Positions 54,659 through 63,806 of a DNA stretch of 64,000 bases are shown one piece after another. Position 1 is the stretch's first letter; each line of letters opens with the position of its first letter. The position numbers and the translations under genes were made by a program. The notes below the pieces were generated by a model. The model was given only the letters and a program-made list of their open reading frames with translations, did no database searches and had not been told where the DNA came from. This stretch comes from an uncultured Ignavibacteria bacterium. GTDB lineage: Bacteria > Bacteroidota > Ignavibacteria > Kapaibacteriales > Kapaibacteriaceae. Location of the stretch: positions 1,289 to 65,288 of the forward strand of contig CALMZQ010000027.1 in assembly GCA_937870915.1 (NCBI GenBank). The letters run 5' to 3'.

Positions 54659-55653
54659 TGAGAGACAACACGTGTGGTCTTCGTGCCACATCGAACGAGA
54701 TACACACCGGGATCGAGTTGCAATTTTGTAGTTCCTGCGGAAGATGCCGGAACGGTAATCAGACATCGCCCTTGGACGTCGTAAACATGTACATCGGGAG
54801 ATGTTGTAGAAACACGCTCAATACAAAGGACTCGTTGCCATACCCAGATCAACGGTAGTGCTGCCTGGGGATCAAAAAGTCTCTCACCAATATCTCTGCA
54901 AACACCAAGGAGTTCAACTGGACCGGCATATGTAGTGTCGATCACACGTATATCAGAGTTTGAATGCCAAGCAATGCGAGCCTCGCTATTGATGGACGTA
55001 CCAAGCGTTAACCGTGCAGGAATCGAGGCCAACACTCCGTTGTCATTCCGCAGCCGGACGCTGAACGTAACCTCACCGGTTTTTTGCGCGATCACTTCAG
55101 GTGATGTTCCCGTTGGCACCACGGTTGTTGGATCGAATCTCACATTCATAGTAGAAGTGACATCGGCGAGAAACACGCCCGACGCTGTGCTGTCTTGGAT
55201 CACCCGGATCTCTACCTGGTCTCCGGCAAATCCTCGGATCGTGTCAATGCGGAATACGCAGCAACGTCCAGCAGCCCGTCGTGCAAAGATCCAAAGTGAG
55301 TCCGACGACACCTCTCCTTGAATTCGCACTGTTACGTCATAGACTTCAGCATATGACTGCACAACTGCATTACCGATAAAGGTAACATAGATCGTTCTGG
55401 ACTCTCCAGGCAAGATGTTATCATCATACTCTGCCTCCACACGAAAGCCCGGTATGATGCGCGTACCGGGAGAAGGCACGATGCGAGTTCCCGTATTGAT
55501 CAGTTCAAAGGAATCGCGGGCTCCAAGGCATGGCCCGATATCTCCAAAACGCATTGTATCTGCACTGAACTGAATGCTGAGCTGAGCACTCATGGACACA
55601 GCAGAAAAAACGAGCACGAATAGAACGCCAAAGACGTGAGTCCTGTGCGTCAT
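54655..55653 (-). CDS. Secreted protein with T9SS CTD, unknown function
   Basis: Signal peptide VFGVLFVLVFSAVSMSAQ. CTD ending GVYLVRCGTKTTRVVSQ. Confidence 0.6.
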   Translation of the reverse strand: MTHRTHVFGVLFVLVFSAVSMSAQLSIQFSADTMRFGDIGPCLGARDSFELINTGTRIVPSPGTRIIPGFRVEAEYDDNILPGESRTIYVTFIGNAVVQSYAEVYDVTVRIQGEVSSDSLWIFARRAAGRCCVFRIDTIRGFAGDQVEIRVIQDSTASGVFLADVTSTMNVRFDPTTVVPTGTSPEVIAQKTGEVTFSVRLRNDNGVLASIPARLTLGTSINSEARIAWHSNSDIRVIDTTYAGPVELLGVCRDIGERLFDPQAALPLIWVWQRVLCIERVSTTSPDVHVYDVQGRCLITVPASSAGTTKLQLDPGVYLVRCGTKTTRVVSQ

Positions 55654-55657
55654 GATA

Positions 55658-56650
55658 TCATTGATGCGATGCAACACGTCCGACCACAAATGGTCTTTCG
55701 CTATCAAGGAGTGCCAACACGTTATCAGCATTGGCTGGATCTACAACGAGAATCATTCCTACACCAAGATTAAAGACGTGTCGCATCTCTTCGTCGGAGA
55801 TGGACCCAGCTTCTTGGATGAGCCTAAAGATCGGCGGGATTGTCCAGGAGCCCCATGCAATATCAAGTTCGAGACCGTCGCGGAGAATGCGAGAAGTGTT
55901 ACCAACAATTCCGCCACCCGTGATATGCGAGAGACCATTCACAAGGTCTGCATCAAGCAAGGGGCTTATCACATTCAAGTATGAACGGTGAACTGCAAGA
56001 AGGGCCTTGCCCACTGTGGTTCCCAGTTCGTCGATATGCTGATCAACAGAGTAGCTCGGGAACAGTGCTGCGCGGGCAAGTGAATATCCGTTTGTGTGTA
56101 GTCCACTTGAAGGAAGGCCTATAAGCACATCCCCATCCTTCACTCTACTTCCATTGAGGATCTTAGATTTATCTACAACTCCAACAATGGTTCCGGCAAC
56201 ATCGTAATCTCCATCGGCATAGATGGACGGCATTTCTGCTGTTTCACCACCGAGAAGTGCGCAACCATTTTCAGTGCATGCCTGCGCCATGCCCTTGATC
56301 ACATCACGCGCAACACCTGACTCAAGTTTACCCGTTGCAAAGTAGTCGAGAAAGAACTGAGGCCGCGCTCCGCATGCAAGGATGTCATTTACGCAATGGT
56401 TCACCAGACACTGTCCAACAGTATCATGGACGCCTGCCATCACCGCAACCTTGAGCTTGGTACCCACACCATCGGCGCTTGCTACCAAAACAGGATGCTC
56501 TAGTCCGGGGAAACGGGCATCAAAAAAACCACCGAACAGACCAATCTCGTTCAGCACGCCCGGTGTACGTGTAGCCTTTACGAACGGTTTGATCGAATCA
56601 ACGAGTGCCTCACCGGCCTCGATATTGACACCTGCGGTTTTGTAGTCCAT
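55658..56650 (-). CDS. purM: Phosphoribosylformylglycinamidine cyclo-ligase
   Basis: AIR synthase pattern (DYKTAGVNI, DGVGTK, GGETAEMP). Confidence 0.9.
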   Translation of the reverse strand: MDYKTAGVNIEAGEALVDSIKPFVKATRTPGVLNEIGLFGGFFDARFPGLEHPVLVASADGVGTKLKVAVMAGVHDTVGQCLVNHCVNDILACGARPQFFLDYFATGKLESGVARDVIKGMAQACTENGCALLGGETAEMPSIYADGDYDVAGTIVGVVDKSKILNGSRVKDGDVLIGLPSSGLHTNGYSLARAALFPSYSVDQHIDELGTTVGKALLAVHRSYLNVISPLLDADLVNGLSHITGGGIVGNTSRILRDGLELDIAWGSWTIPPIFRLIQEAGSISDEEMRHVFNLGVGMILVVDPANADNVLALLDSERPFVVGRVASHQ

Positions 56651-56674
56651 AGATCCGGGTAAGGGGCTGTGTGG

Positions 56675-57595
56675 TTATCGTACGGGTTCCCATTCATCCG
56701 ATGAGGATCGCCCCCTGAACATCACGCTCAGGGCATTGATCGTCCACGCGAAGAGAACACGAAAATACCCAAACTTGCGGAACCGTCGGGGCGACTCAAA
56801 CACAAGCATGTCCCAGGCAAACTGCACACGAGCCTTGGTACCGATCCTCGCTAGGAGATCAAAATCTTCGCCCGCGGCCAATTCACTGCGGTATCCACGC
56901 ACAAGTTCAAACACGGGGCGTCTGATAACCTGACATTCTCCCCTGCCCGCCCCAATTCTGAGCAACAGCAGGAACCAGACGTAGCTGTTATAGAAGGCGT
57001 GAAATGCCTTGTCCGCCAATTTCTCTTCAACGGGACGGAAACCAACCGGACATGCCAAGGCAGATGCACGTGCATAGGGACCACGGCGTTCAACGAAGTT
57101 GAGCAGGCATTCCGTGAATTTCTCGCGATCTGCCGGGACGGTATCTCCGTTGATAAAAACAAGCACGTCGCCTGTTGCTGCCTTCGCACCGGCATTCCTT
57201 CCCTCGGCTATTGTTTGACGGTGATCACCTGAATGGACCACTACAATGTCTGCGAATTGCCGCGCGATATCAAGTGTTCCGTCCGTGCTTCCCCCGTCGC
57301 TTACGATCAATTCCGCATGTACAGCAGAACGCCATGGTGCATCAAACACTGCAAGTGTTGTAGCAAGGAGTTTTTCCTCGTGCAGCGTAGGAACGACAAC
57401 ACTTATCCGAGGGTGTGCAGAGGTATGGGGAGTTGTGGTCAGAGTGGTACAACAATCGCGAATGGATAGAAGAGTCCGAACTTTACGCCTTCGTCGCCGA
57501 CCTCTAGCGTTGGTCCGGGAAGGCGAATATAGTTGAGTGCCTGACGTAGATAGTTCACAACTCCGATGGATGATTCCGGAATGATCTTTACCCAA
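56675..57595 (-). CDS. Family 2 glycosyltransferase (start uncertain)
   Basis: ISVVVPTLHEE, SDGGSTDGT, FINGDT motifs. The only canonical start in frame is TTG 57595, which overlaps the upstream gene by 157 nt. Confidence 0.65.
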   Translation of the reverse strand: MGKDHSGIIHRSCELSTSGTQLYSPSRTNARGRRRRRKVRTLLSIRDCCTTLTTTPHTSAHPRISVVVPTLHEEKLLATTLAVFDAPWRSAVHAELIVSDGGSTDGTLDIARQFADIVVVHSGDHRQTIAEGRNAGAKAATGDVLVFINGDTVPADREKFTECLLNFVERRGPYARASALACPVGFRPVEEKLADKAFHAFYNSYVWFLLLLRIGAGRGECQVIRRPVFELVRGYRSELAAGEDFDLLARIGTKARVQFAWDMLVFESPRRFRKFGYFRVLFAWTINALSVMFRGRSSSDEWEPVR

Positions 57596-58422
57596 TCGTA
57601 GTCGAGTCCAAACAAGTATCGTCTCGTTACTCCAACAGGCGTGCCACTGGCATCAACCACATCATAGTTTCTAATGCCATAACCAACGGAGAACATGAGC
57701 CAATCCGGCCAATATTCAGCAGCATCGTTTGGCAGGAGATTATTCACGTTACAGGCAAGCCAGAAGGTTGTGCTGTTGTAATCATCGATGAAGATCTTCT
57801 GCCGATTGTTGCTTACTGGGTAGCCCACCCAGGAGGCGGGAACGTAGCTCCATCGAGGTGTGAAATTCTGCAGAAACGGAATCTGATACTGCGCGGCATA
57901 ATATGTTGCGCCCACGAGATTGGCAACTGCATCAGATGGTGAGAAGCCCCATTCCTTTGCATATCCATCTTGGATCTCAACATAGAGCGTATAAGCAAAG
58001 CCCATACCTGCGCCGGTCCACATCGCTGCTGTTTGATTCAGACCACACTCCATGAGAACATCACCACAGAACGTACTCATTACGTAGGTGGAATAGATGT
58101 GCCCTAATTTGTCGAGTCCGCGTGCATATTCAAGATCTTCTTGCACGTGAAACTCTGCGCTATCTCCCTCTGGCCACCAAGCATTACGTTGATAGATATG
58201 CAGTCCAACGATTAGCCCGGTAAGTCCAACTCCAAAAGCAATAGTAGGGGTAGCCTGCAGATCACTTTCAATCCTTGGTGTACCACCGGTAATCGTGTAT
58301 CGTTGGTTATCGGCATATCGAAACAACGATGGCGGTACATACAGGGAATCCTGCCCTGCAGTGCCAGATGGTGTCACAAGGTGGACAAAAAGGAAGATTG
58401 CAAGAAGAGACTTACAGTGCAT
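57439..58422 (-). CDS. Secreted/membrane-associated protein, possibly DUF2279-like
   Basis: Signal peptide MHCKSLLAIFLFVHLV; W/Y/G-rich. The family assignment is a weak guess. Confidence 0.45.
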   Translation of the reverse strand: MHCKSLLAIFLFVHLVTPSGTAGQDSLYVPPSLFRYADNQRYTITGGTPRIESDLQATPTIAFGVGLTGLIVGLHIYQRNAWWPEGDSAEFHVQEDLEYARGLDKLGHIYSTYVMSTFCGDVLMECGLNQTAAMWTGAGMGFAYTLYVEIQDGYAKEWGFSPSDAVANLVGATYYAAQYQIPFLQNFTPRWSYVPASWVGYPVSNNRQKIFIDDYNSTTFWLACNVNNLLPNDAAEYWPDWLMFSVGYGIRNYDVVDASGTPVGVTRRYLFGLDYDWVKIIPESSIGVVNYLRQALNYIRLPGPTLEVGDEGVKFGLFYPFAIVVPL

Positions 58423-58455
58423 CGTGAACCCAGCCTATATAGAGGTACAGTTTGT

Positions 58456-59361
58456 CTAAGCGAAAGTTAGCTCTCTGTTTCGTCTGAACCAATTGGCCTC
58501 GTACTGAACGGGAGAGAGTCCGCCAATTGATGTGTGCCTACGGCGTTGGTTGTAGAAGAGGTGGACCCAGCGAAGGATCGCACCTACGGCGTGTTCGACG
58601 CTGCGAAAGGGGAAATGGTGCATCAGCTCTGTCTTCATTGTTGCCCAGAATGACTCCATTGGAGCGTTGTCGTAGCAGTCTCCTGAAGAGCCCATACTGC
58701 TAACGAGTCCATGCTTGGTGAGTGCTTCTTTAAAGCTCAGTGAATTGTATTGCCCTCCTTGATCTGAATGGAAGATGATCGATGTCTCAAGTGTCCGCTG
58801 ATCAAGTCTTCGAACTTTGACAGCTTGATGGAATGCCTTGAATAATGCGCCAACATGTAGATCGTGGGAGATGTGAATACCGAGAATGCGATGTGACGCT
58901 TGGTCTTTGATCGCAACGGCGTAGATCTTGCTACCGACCGATGGAAGCTCTGAGTAGTCGCTCAGCCACAATTCGTCCAGCTCTGTTCTATGGAATGCTC
59001 GATTCACAAGGTCAGGTGATGGTTCATACGTCTGTGATGAGTTTGTCGTCCCCATGCATTTCCACGTGTTCTTGCACTGCACAGTCATGCTTTCCTGGTT
59101 CATCAGTCGCTTTACTCTCGCCTTTCCTACGGGCGTACCCTTGCTACGGATTTCTTTTGCGATCCACTCAGCACCATAGGTGTGTCCACTCATTTCGTGA
59201 ACTTGGCGAATCTCTGGCAGCAACTCAAGATCCGCCTGTTTGCGTTTACTCGCTTTGCCATTGCGCCACTGGTAGTACCCATCAGGAGATGCTTGCAACA
59301 CTCTACACATCACTCGTACCGGCCATATCGAGCGGTGTTGCTCGATAAAGTCGTATCTCAT
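58456..59361 (-). CDS. IS3 transposase OrfB (DDE/rve integrase core)
   Basis: HSDQGGQY, the D..D..E spacing pattern, and the C-terminal NQRRRHTSIGGLSP motif typical of IS3. Confidence 0.85.
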   Translation of the reverse strand: MRYDFIEQHRSIWPVRVMCRVLQASPDGYYQWRNGKASKRKQADLELLPEIRQVHEMSGHTYGAEWIAKEIRSKGTPVGKARVKRLMNQESMTVQCKNTWKCMGTTNSSQTYEPSPDLVNRAFHRTELDELWLSDYSELPSVGSKIYAVAIKDQASHRILGIHISHDLHVGALFKAFHQAVKVRRLDQRTLETSIIFHSDQGGQYNSLSFKEALTKHGLVSSMGSSGDCYDNAPMESFWATMKTELMHHFPFRSVEHAVGAILRWVHLFYNQRRRHTSIGGLSPVQYEANWFRRNRELTFA

Positions 59362-59654
59362 CTCGGCCGTTGAGAGAAGATACCGACGGCATTTTTTAGG
59401 ATGTCACGCTCCTGTGTAACCACCTTCAATTCATGCCGCAAACGTGCATTCTCTTCGGCGCTATCCTCGGCATCTCCCGGTAATGAAGCTCTCTGCTTCT
59501 TGTCGGCCTGGATCCATGCATAGAGCGTCTTGGGCTCAATGCCCAACTCGCGAGCGATGCTTGTCTTTTGACGCTCTGGATGCTCTCTCACCAACTTGAC
59601 TGCTTCAGCTCTAAACTGGGCATCCATTGGCTGTCGTGTTCGTTTTCCTGCCAT
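59358..59654 (-). CDS. IS3 transposase OrfA (HTH)
   Basis: HTH plus leucine-zipper-like segment (RLRHELKVVTQERDILKNA). Its stop overlaps the orfB ATG, which lies in the -1 frame. Confidence 0.85.
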   Translation of the reverse strand: MAGKRTRQPMDAQFRAEAVKLVREHPERQKTSIARELGIEPKTLYAWIQADKKQRASLPGDAEDSAEENARLRHELKVVTQERDILKNAVGIFSQRPR

Positions 59655-59701
59655 TTCGGTACTCCTTACTTGAATTGAAAATACCGCTTAACTTGTGTAC
59701 C

Positions 59702-61069
59702 TCAATTCAGGCTGGGATCATCGACCTGCACATGCATTTCGAGGACCTTCTTATCCAAGAGTGCAGGGAAATAGGCTACTACATCGCTGGCCTTGGGCCG
59801 GCCTCCGGAGAATCCTGTAGCACTTGGAGGACCAGTAAGAATCAGTGGTGCTATCTCTTTTCCGAAACGCTCAACTGCTGATTTGTCCTTGCCACGGACT
59901 CCGATGCGCATCATTACTTCGTTCGGTACGATCTGTGCTGCGATCGGTCCATGGCATGCATTCATGCCAACGAACTCCGTACGGATCTCATCGAATTCAA
60001 GGCCCAGTCGTTCCAAGCGTGTGCGCAAGATCTTGTCGGCCGCCTGCGCCTTGTCATAGGCATCAGGTGCAGAATACGTGAGCGATCCAAAAGCAACAAA
60101 ACCATCGAGGTAACTTGCACTGACCTTGTAGAATGGCGTAAAGGGCTTGCCTTTTACATCAAACACTCGCACACGGTTGTTACCGAGGTCTTCGAGTTTG
60201 ATACTTCCAAAGTCAGCGATACAATCCGGTGTGATGTACATCGCAGGATCGCCGATCTCGTACATGAGTTGCTCGCTCACCGTTTCGCGCGTTACAGCGC
60301 CACCCGTGCCCTCGTGCTTTGTAACGACGAACGAACCGTCCGGAAAGGCTTCAATGATCGGGAAGCCAACATCTGCCATATCCGGCAGGGATCGCCAGTC
60401 ACCCAAGAAATTGCCACCCGAGGCCTGCGCACCACATTCATTGATGTGTCCGGCAACCGTGCCAGCTGCAAGAAGGTCCCAATCCTCAACGCCCCATCCA
60501 AACTCATGAATCATTGGAGCAAGGGTAAGCCCCGTATCGGTTGTTCTCCCGGTGATGATGATCTGGGCACCCTGCTTGAGAGCTTCAACGAGTGGCCATG
60601 CACCGGTATAGACATTGGCACTAAGGAGCTGGTCTTTTACTGTGGCAATGGGTTCGCCTGTCTCCATGTGAAGCATTTGGTGCCCATCGGCCACCAATTC
60701 ACTGATACGAGGCAGGATGTCGTCTCCAAGCACCACACCGATCTTCAAGCCCGTAATTCCAAGTTTCTTGGCCACCTCAAAGATCTTATCACGTGCGGCC
60801 AGCGGGTTTACCCCACCGCCATTCGTGATCAACGTTATGCCCCGCTCCATCAGATATGGCAGGACCTCTTCACAGACATCCACGAGATCTCGCGCATATC
60901 CCAACGCCGGGTTCTTCATGCGTTGCTTCTGGAGGATTGACATCGTTACCTCGGCAAGGTAGTCCATCACAAGGTAGTCTATTGGACCTCGTGAGACCTG
61001 CTGAAGTGGTGCGCTCTGGAGGTCTCCCCAGAATCCTTGACCTGACGCGATTCGAATGGACTTTTTCAT
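59702..61069 (-). CDS. DUF1446 (AtuA-like) family protein
   Basis: N-terminus IRIASGQGFWGD...IDYLVMDYLAE is typical of the family. The TGA stop (59704-59702) lies in or at the IS terminal repeat. Confidence 0.7.
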   Translation of the reverse strand: MKKSIRIASGQGFWGDLQSAPLQQVSRGPIDYLVMDYLAEVTMSILQKQRMKNPALGYARDLVDVCEEVLPYLMERGITLITNGGGVNPLAARDKIFEVAKKLGITGLKIGVVLGDDILPRISELVADGHQMLHMETGEPIATVKDQLLSANVYTGAWPLVEALKQGAQIIITGRTTDTGLTLAPMIHEFGWGVEDWDLLAAGTVAGHINECGAQASGGNFLGDWRSLPDMADVGFPIIEAFPDGSFVVTKHEGTGGAVTRETVSEQLMYEIGDPAMYITPDCIADFGSIKLEDLGNNRVRVFDVKGKPFTPFYKVSASYLDGFVAFGSLTYSAPDAYDKAQAADKILRTRLERLGLEFDEIRTEFVGMNACHGPIAAQIVPNEVMMRIGVRGKDKSAVERFGKEIAPLILTGPPSATGFSGGRPKASDVVAYFPALLDKKVLEMHVQVDDPSLN

Positions 61070-61653
61070 GCAAGTGTAGGGGGCTTGTTATTGCGTGTCT
61101 GATTATCGTTGGAACGGTGGATGGGTGCTGCGGTATTGGACCGCAAAATCTGCTCCAGAGCTGAGACGGAGAACCGAAAGATACGAAACGAGACAGGGCC
61201 CGATGTGATGGCTTCCATGGTGACCGTGGCCCACAACCGCTCATCCTTGATGATCACGCGTGTAATAGACTCGTATGGAAGTGCAATGGGACCCTGACGC
61301 AGGACAGGTCGCACTACTATTCCCCACGTCTTAGCCTGGGTTCTTTGATAGAGAAGTCTGAGCACCATTTGGAGGTTTTGAACAAGCAACACCAGCGGAA
61401 AGGCATAGGCCCATACTGTGGGTTTTGTGTTGGCATAAAGGAAGCCCCCTATGATCAGCGTAAGCATACATGCCCCTAGAGCAGCAAAAGTTCCAGGCGC
61501 ACTGACGAAGGAATCCCGGTCCTCACCTAGACGGAGGCGGCGCACTTCGATGTTGTCTATGATCTGCCGATACGCCAGTGCTCCAAACAAGAGGCATGCG
61601 AAAACGAAGGCCACGTAGGCCCCATGGAACCATATCGTCCAATCTATAGACAT
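61066..61653 (-). CDS. Membrane protein, unknown function
   Basis: Three hydrophobic helices followed by a soluble C-terminal domain. Its stop overlaps the DUF1446 start (ATGA). ATG 61653 chosen over 61743. Confidence 0.5.
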   Translation of the reverse strand: MSIDWTIWFHGAYVAFVFACLLFGALAYRQIIDNIEVRRLRLGEDRDSFVSAPGTFAALGACMLTLIIGGFLYANTKPTVWAYAFPLVLLVQNLQMVLRLLYQRTQAKTWGIVVRPVLRQGPIALPYESITRVIIKDERLWATVTMEAITSGPVSFRIFRFSVSALEQILRSNTAAPIHRSNDNQTRNNKPPTLA

Positions 61654-61663
61654 ATTTGCACCT

Positions 61664-62758
61664 ATGGACCCACTTGCGGAGAGATTCCGCCGGGAGCGCG
61701 AGCGACTCGGTATCAGCATACGAGAACTTGCGCTCGAGACCAAGATACGCGAGCCGTATATCGATGCGTTGGAGCGCGGACGCTACGACGTGTTGCCTGC
61801 GGTCTATGTACGTTCATTCATTCGAACTATTGGTATCACTCTGCAAATTCCGGCAGAAGAGATCCAGTCTTTGATGCACGCTACGTTTGATGAAGATAGC
61901 GGGTCATCAAGCAGACTCCCGGCGTATAAACCCCAACAGCAACCGCGTGAATCAACGATATCATTTTCGAATGCGGCGCAACGGACAACAGAGGCGGTTG
62001 CAGCTTCAATGGACAAAGTGAAGTCGGTTGCTCAATCCCCTATTCACCAAGCCCAGCAGGCCACACGAAAGATTTCGCCGCTAACAGGAGCACTTATACT
62101 CATTGTGCTGATTGGACTTGGACTTTGGTGGTTTGTTTTTCGAGATAATGAGCCAGATGCTGGGATAGCCGGCCCCGAGGTTGTTGATGTTACGTCTTCA
62201 GCTGACAATGGAATAGCTGATACAGACAGCCTGATTTTAACGGCCATTGCAACAGACACGGCATGGATCAGTATCACGATGGACGGGTCGAGAAACCAAC
62301 AATCTGTTCTCCTTCCAGAGGGGGAATACCGGTGGAGTGCCATGGAGAAATTCATCGTCTCACTCGGCAACGCCGGTGCGATTCAATTCTTTCGAAATGG
62401 TCGCCCCCTACCTGCCTTTGGCCGAGTAGGAGAGGCAGTACGTGAGATCCGTATCACTCGTAAGGACATCACTGCATCGAATACAACGTTTAAGGCACCA
62501 AACGTGCCTGCACCGAAACAACTAGCACCTAAACCTGCTGCTCAGCCTGCAACAAGGCCAGTGGTGAGTCCCGCGGCTAAACCGGTAGCGAAACCCGTCG
62601 TAAAACCTGCCGTAAAGCCCGTCGTAAAGCCTGCCGTAAAAACTGTTACGAAACCCGCTGTTAAAACCGTAACGAAGCCTCGACGGCGACCACCGACTGC
62701 GAGAAAGGTTGAGAGGCCACTGATCACGCCGGCACCGCCACAGCCTATACGTCGATGA
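61664..62758 (+). CDS. rodZ: RodZ-like cytoskeleton protein (HTH + TM + DUF4115) with KP(A/V)V repeat tail
   Basis: N-terminal HTH (ERLGISIRELALETKIREPYIDALERG), one TM helix, and a DUF4115-like segment (WISITMDG...). Confidence 0.75.
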   Translation: MDPLAERFRRERERLGISIRELALETKIREPYIDALERGRYDVLPAVYVRSFIRTIGITLQIPAEEIQSLMHATFDEDSGSSSRLPAYKPQQQPRESTISFSNAAQRTTEAVAASMDKVKSVAQSPIHQAQQATRKISPLTGALILIVLIGLGLWWFVFRDNEPDAGIAGPEVVDVTSSADNGIADTDSLILTAIATDTAWISITMDGSRNQQSVLLPEGEYRWSAMEKFIVSLGNAGAIQFFRNGRPLPAFGRVGEAVREIRITRKDITASNTTFKAPNVPAPKQLAPKPAAQPATRPVVSPAAKPVAKPVVKPAVKPVVKPAVKTVTKPAVKTVTKPRRRPPTARKVERPLITPAPPQPIRR

Positions 62759-63727
62759 TCAGAGTTGGGCGCGGACGATATCGTGAATACGTACGATACC
62801 AATGCATACACCATCGTGAAGTACAGGCACCACCGAGATCTGTCGGTCTCGATGCTCCATAACCTGCAAAGCTCTATGCAATGAGTCAGATGACTCCACA
62901 CACACAGGTTCCTTTGTCATTACTTCTCGCACTGGCGTCTGAGTCAAATCAACGAGCGTACCTGCCAGACGCCGGACATCGCCATCCGTAAGAATTCCCT
63001 GTAGTGCGCCATCTTCATTGGTCACACACACAATTCCAAGCGCTGTTGATGTTAGAGTACGAACTGCCTCTGCAACAGTATCGGTAGCAGAAACGCGAGG
63101 CATCTCGGCACCTGAATGCATTACGTCTTCTACCCGACGTAAAAGTGCAGCTCCTATCCCTCCATGTGGATGAGATATCTGGAGTCTATCAACAACATCG
63201 CCATTGATCTGCGCAGCAGCAACACTCAAAAGATCTGCCAGGATCAGTGACTGCGTTGTACTCGCCGTTGGCAATAGATTCAAGGGGTCAAGTTCATGCA
63301 CCACCGGCGCTATCAGTGCATGATGCGAGAGGGTTGCAAGAGTTGTATGCGGCCTACATGTAATAGATATCACCTTCATGTCGAATCTTCGAACGAGCCG
63401 TGCAAGGCGTACTACTTCGGGAGTTTCCCCACTTTTTGAGAATGCCACAAGTACGTCTGTTGGACTCAGCATACCGATGTCACCGTGCAAAGCATCAACA
63501 GGATGCAAATACACTCCAGGTACGTGCACACTTGTAAGTGTCGCGGCCATCTTGCGTGCTATGAATCCAGACTTCCCCAAACCAGTAGCAACCACCTTCG
63601 AGGCGGATGCGATTGATTCAGCCGCTGCAACAAATGAACCGTCGAGTTGATCGGCCAACAGATCGATCGCTGACCGTTGCCAAATGAGACCTTGCTTAGC
63701 AAGACTCAATATCTCAGTGTGTGTCAT
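62759..63727 (-). CDS. kdsD: KpsF/GutQ-family arabinose-5-phosphate isomerase (SIS + tandem CBS)
   Basis: SIS motif VVATGLGKSGFIARK and two CBS-like segments at the C-terminus. ATG 63727. Confidence 0.8.
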   Translation of the reverse strand: MTHTEILSLAKQGLIWQRSAIDLLADQLDGSFVAAAESIASASKVVATGLGKSGFIARKMAATLTSVHVPGVYLHPVDALHGDIGMLSPTDVLVAFSKSGETPEVVRLARLVRRFDMKVISITCRPHTTLATLSHHALIAPVVHELDPLNLLPTASTTQSLILADLLSVAAAQINGDVVDRLQISHPHGGIGAALLRRVEDVMHSGAEMPRVSATDTVAEAVRTLTSTALGIVCVTNEDGALQGILTDGDVRRLAGTLVDLTQTPVREVMTKEPVCVESSDSLHRALQVMEHRDRQISVVPVLHDGVCIGIVRIHDIVRAQL

Positions 63728-63742
63728 GGCGTACAATCTCCG

Positions 63743-63785
63743 AAAAAAAACGAAAGCCCCCGGCAACCAATGCCGGGGGCTTTCG
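63743..63785 (-). terminator. Intrinsic terminator after the partial T9SS-CTD gene
   Basis: A 15-bp perfect stem CGAAAGCCCCCGGCA / TGCCGGGGGCTTTCG with loop ACCAA, followed by U8 on the minus strand. Confidence 0.85.
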
Positions 63786-63806
63786 AAGATCAATCTGCCG
63801 TTCGGT

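Larger units (their letters stand above)
58442..59703 (-). mobile_element. IS3-family insertion sequence (about 1.26 kb), apparently intact
   Basis: Terminal inverted repeats GAGGTACA(G/C).. at 58442 and 59703, with AAGCG further in. orfA/orfB overlap, with slippery A-AAA-AAT at 59397-59391. Confidence 0.8.

Noticed and set aside
59951-60940. 329-aa ORF antisense to the DUF1446 gene
   Set aside because: Shadow ORF; the minus-strand product has a clear family-typical N-terminus.
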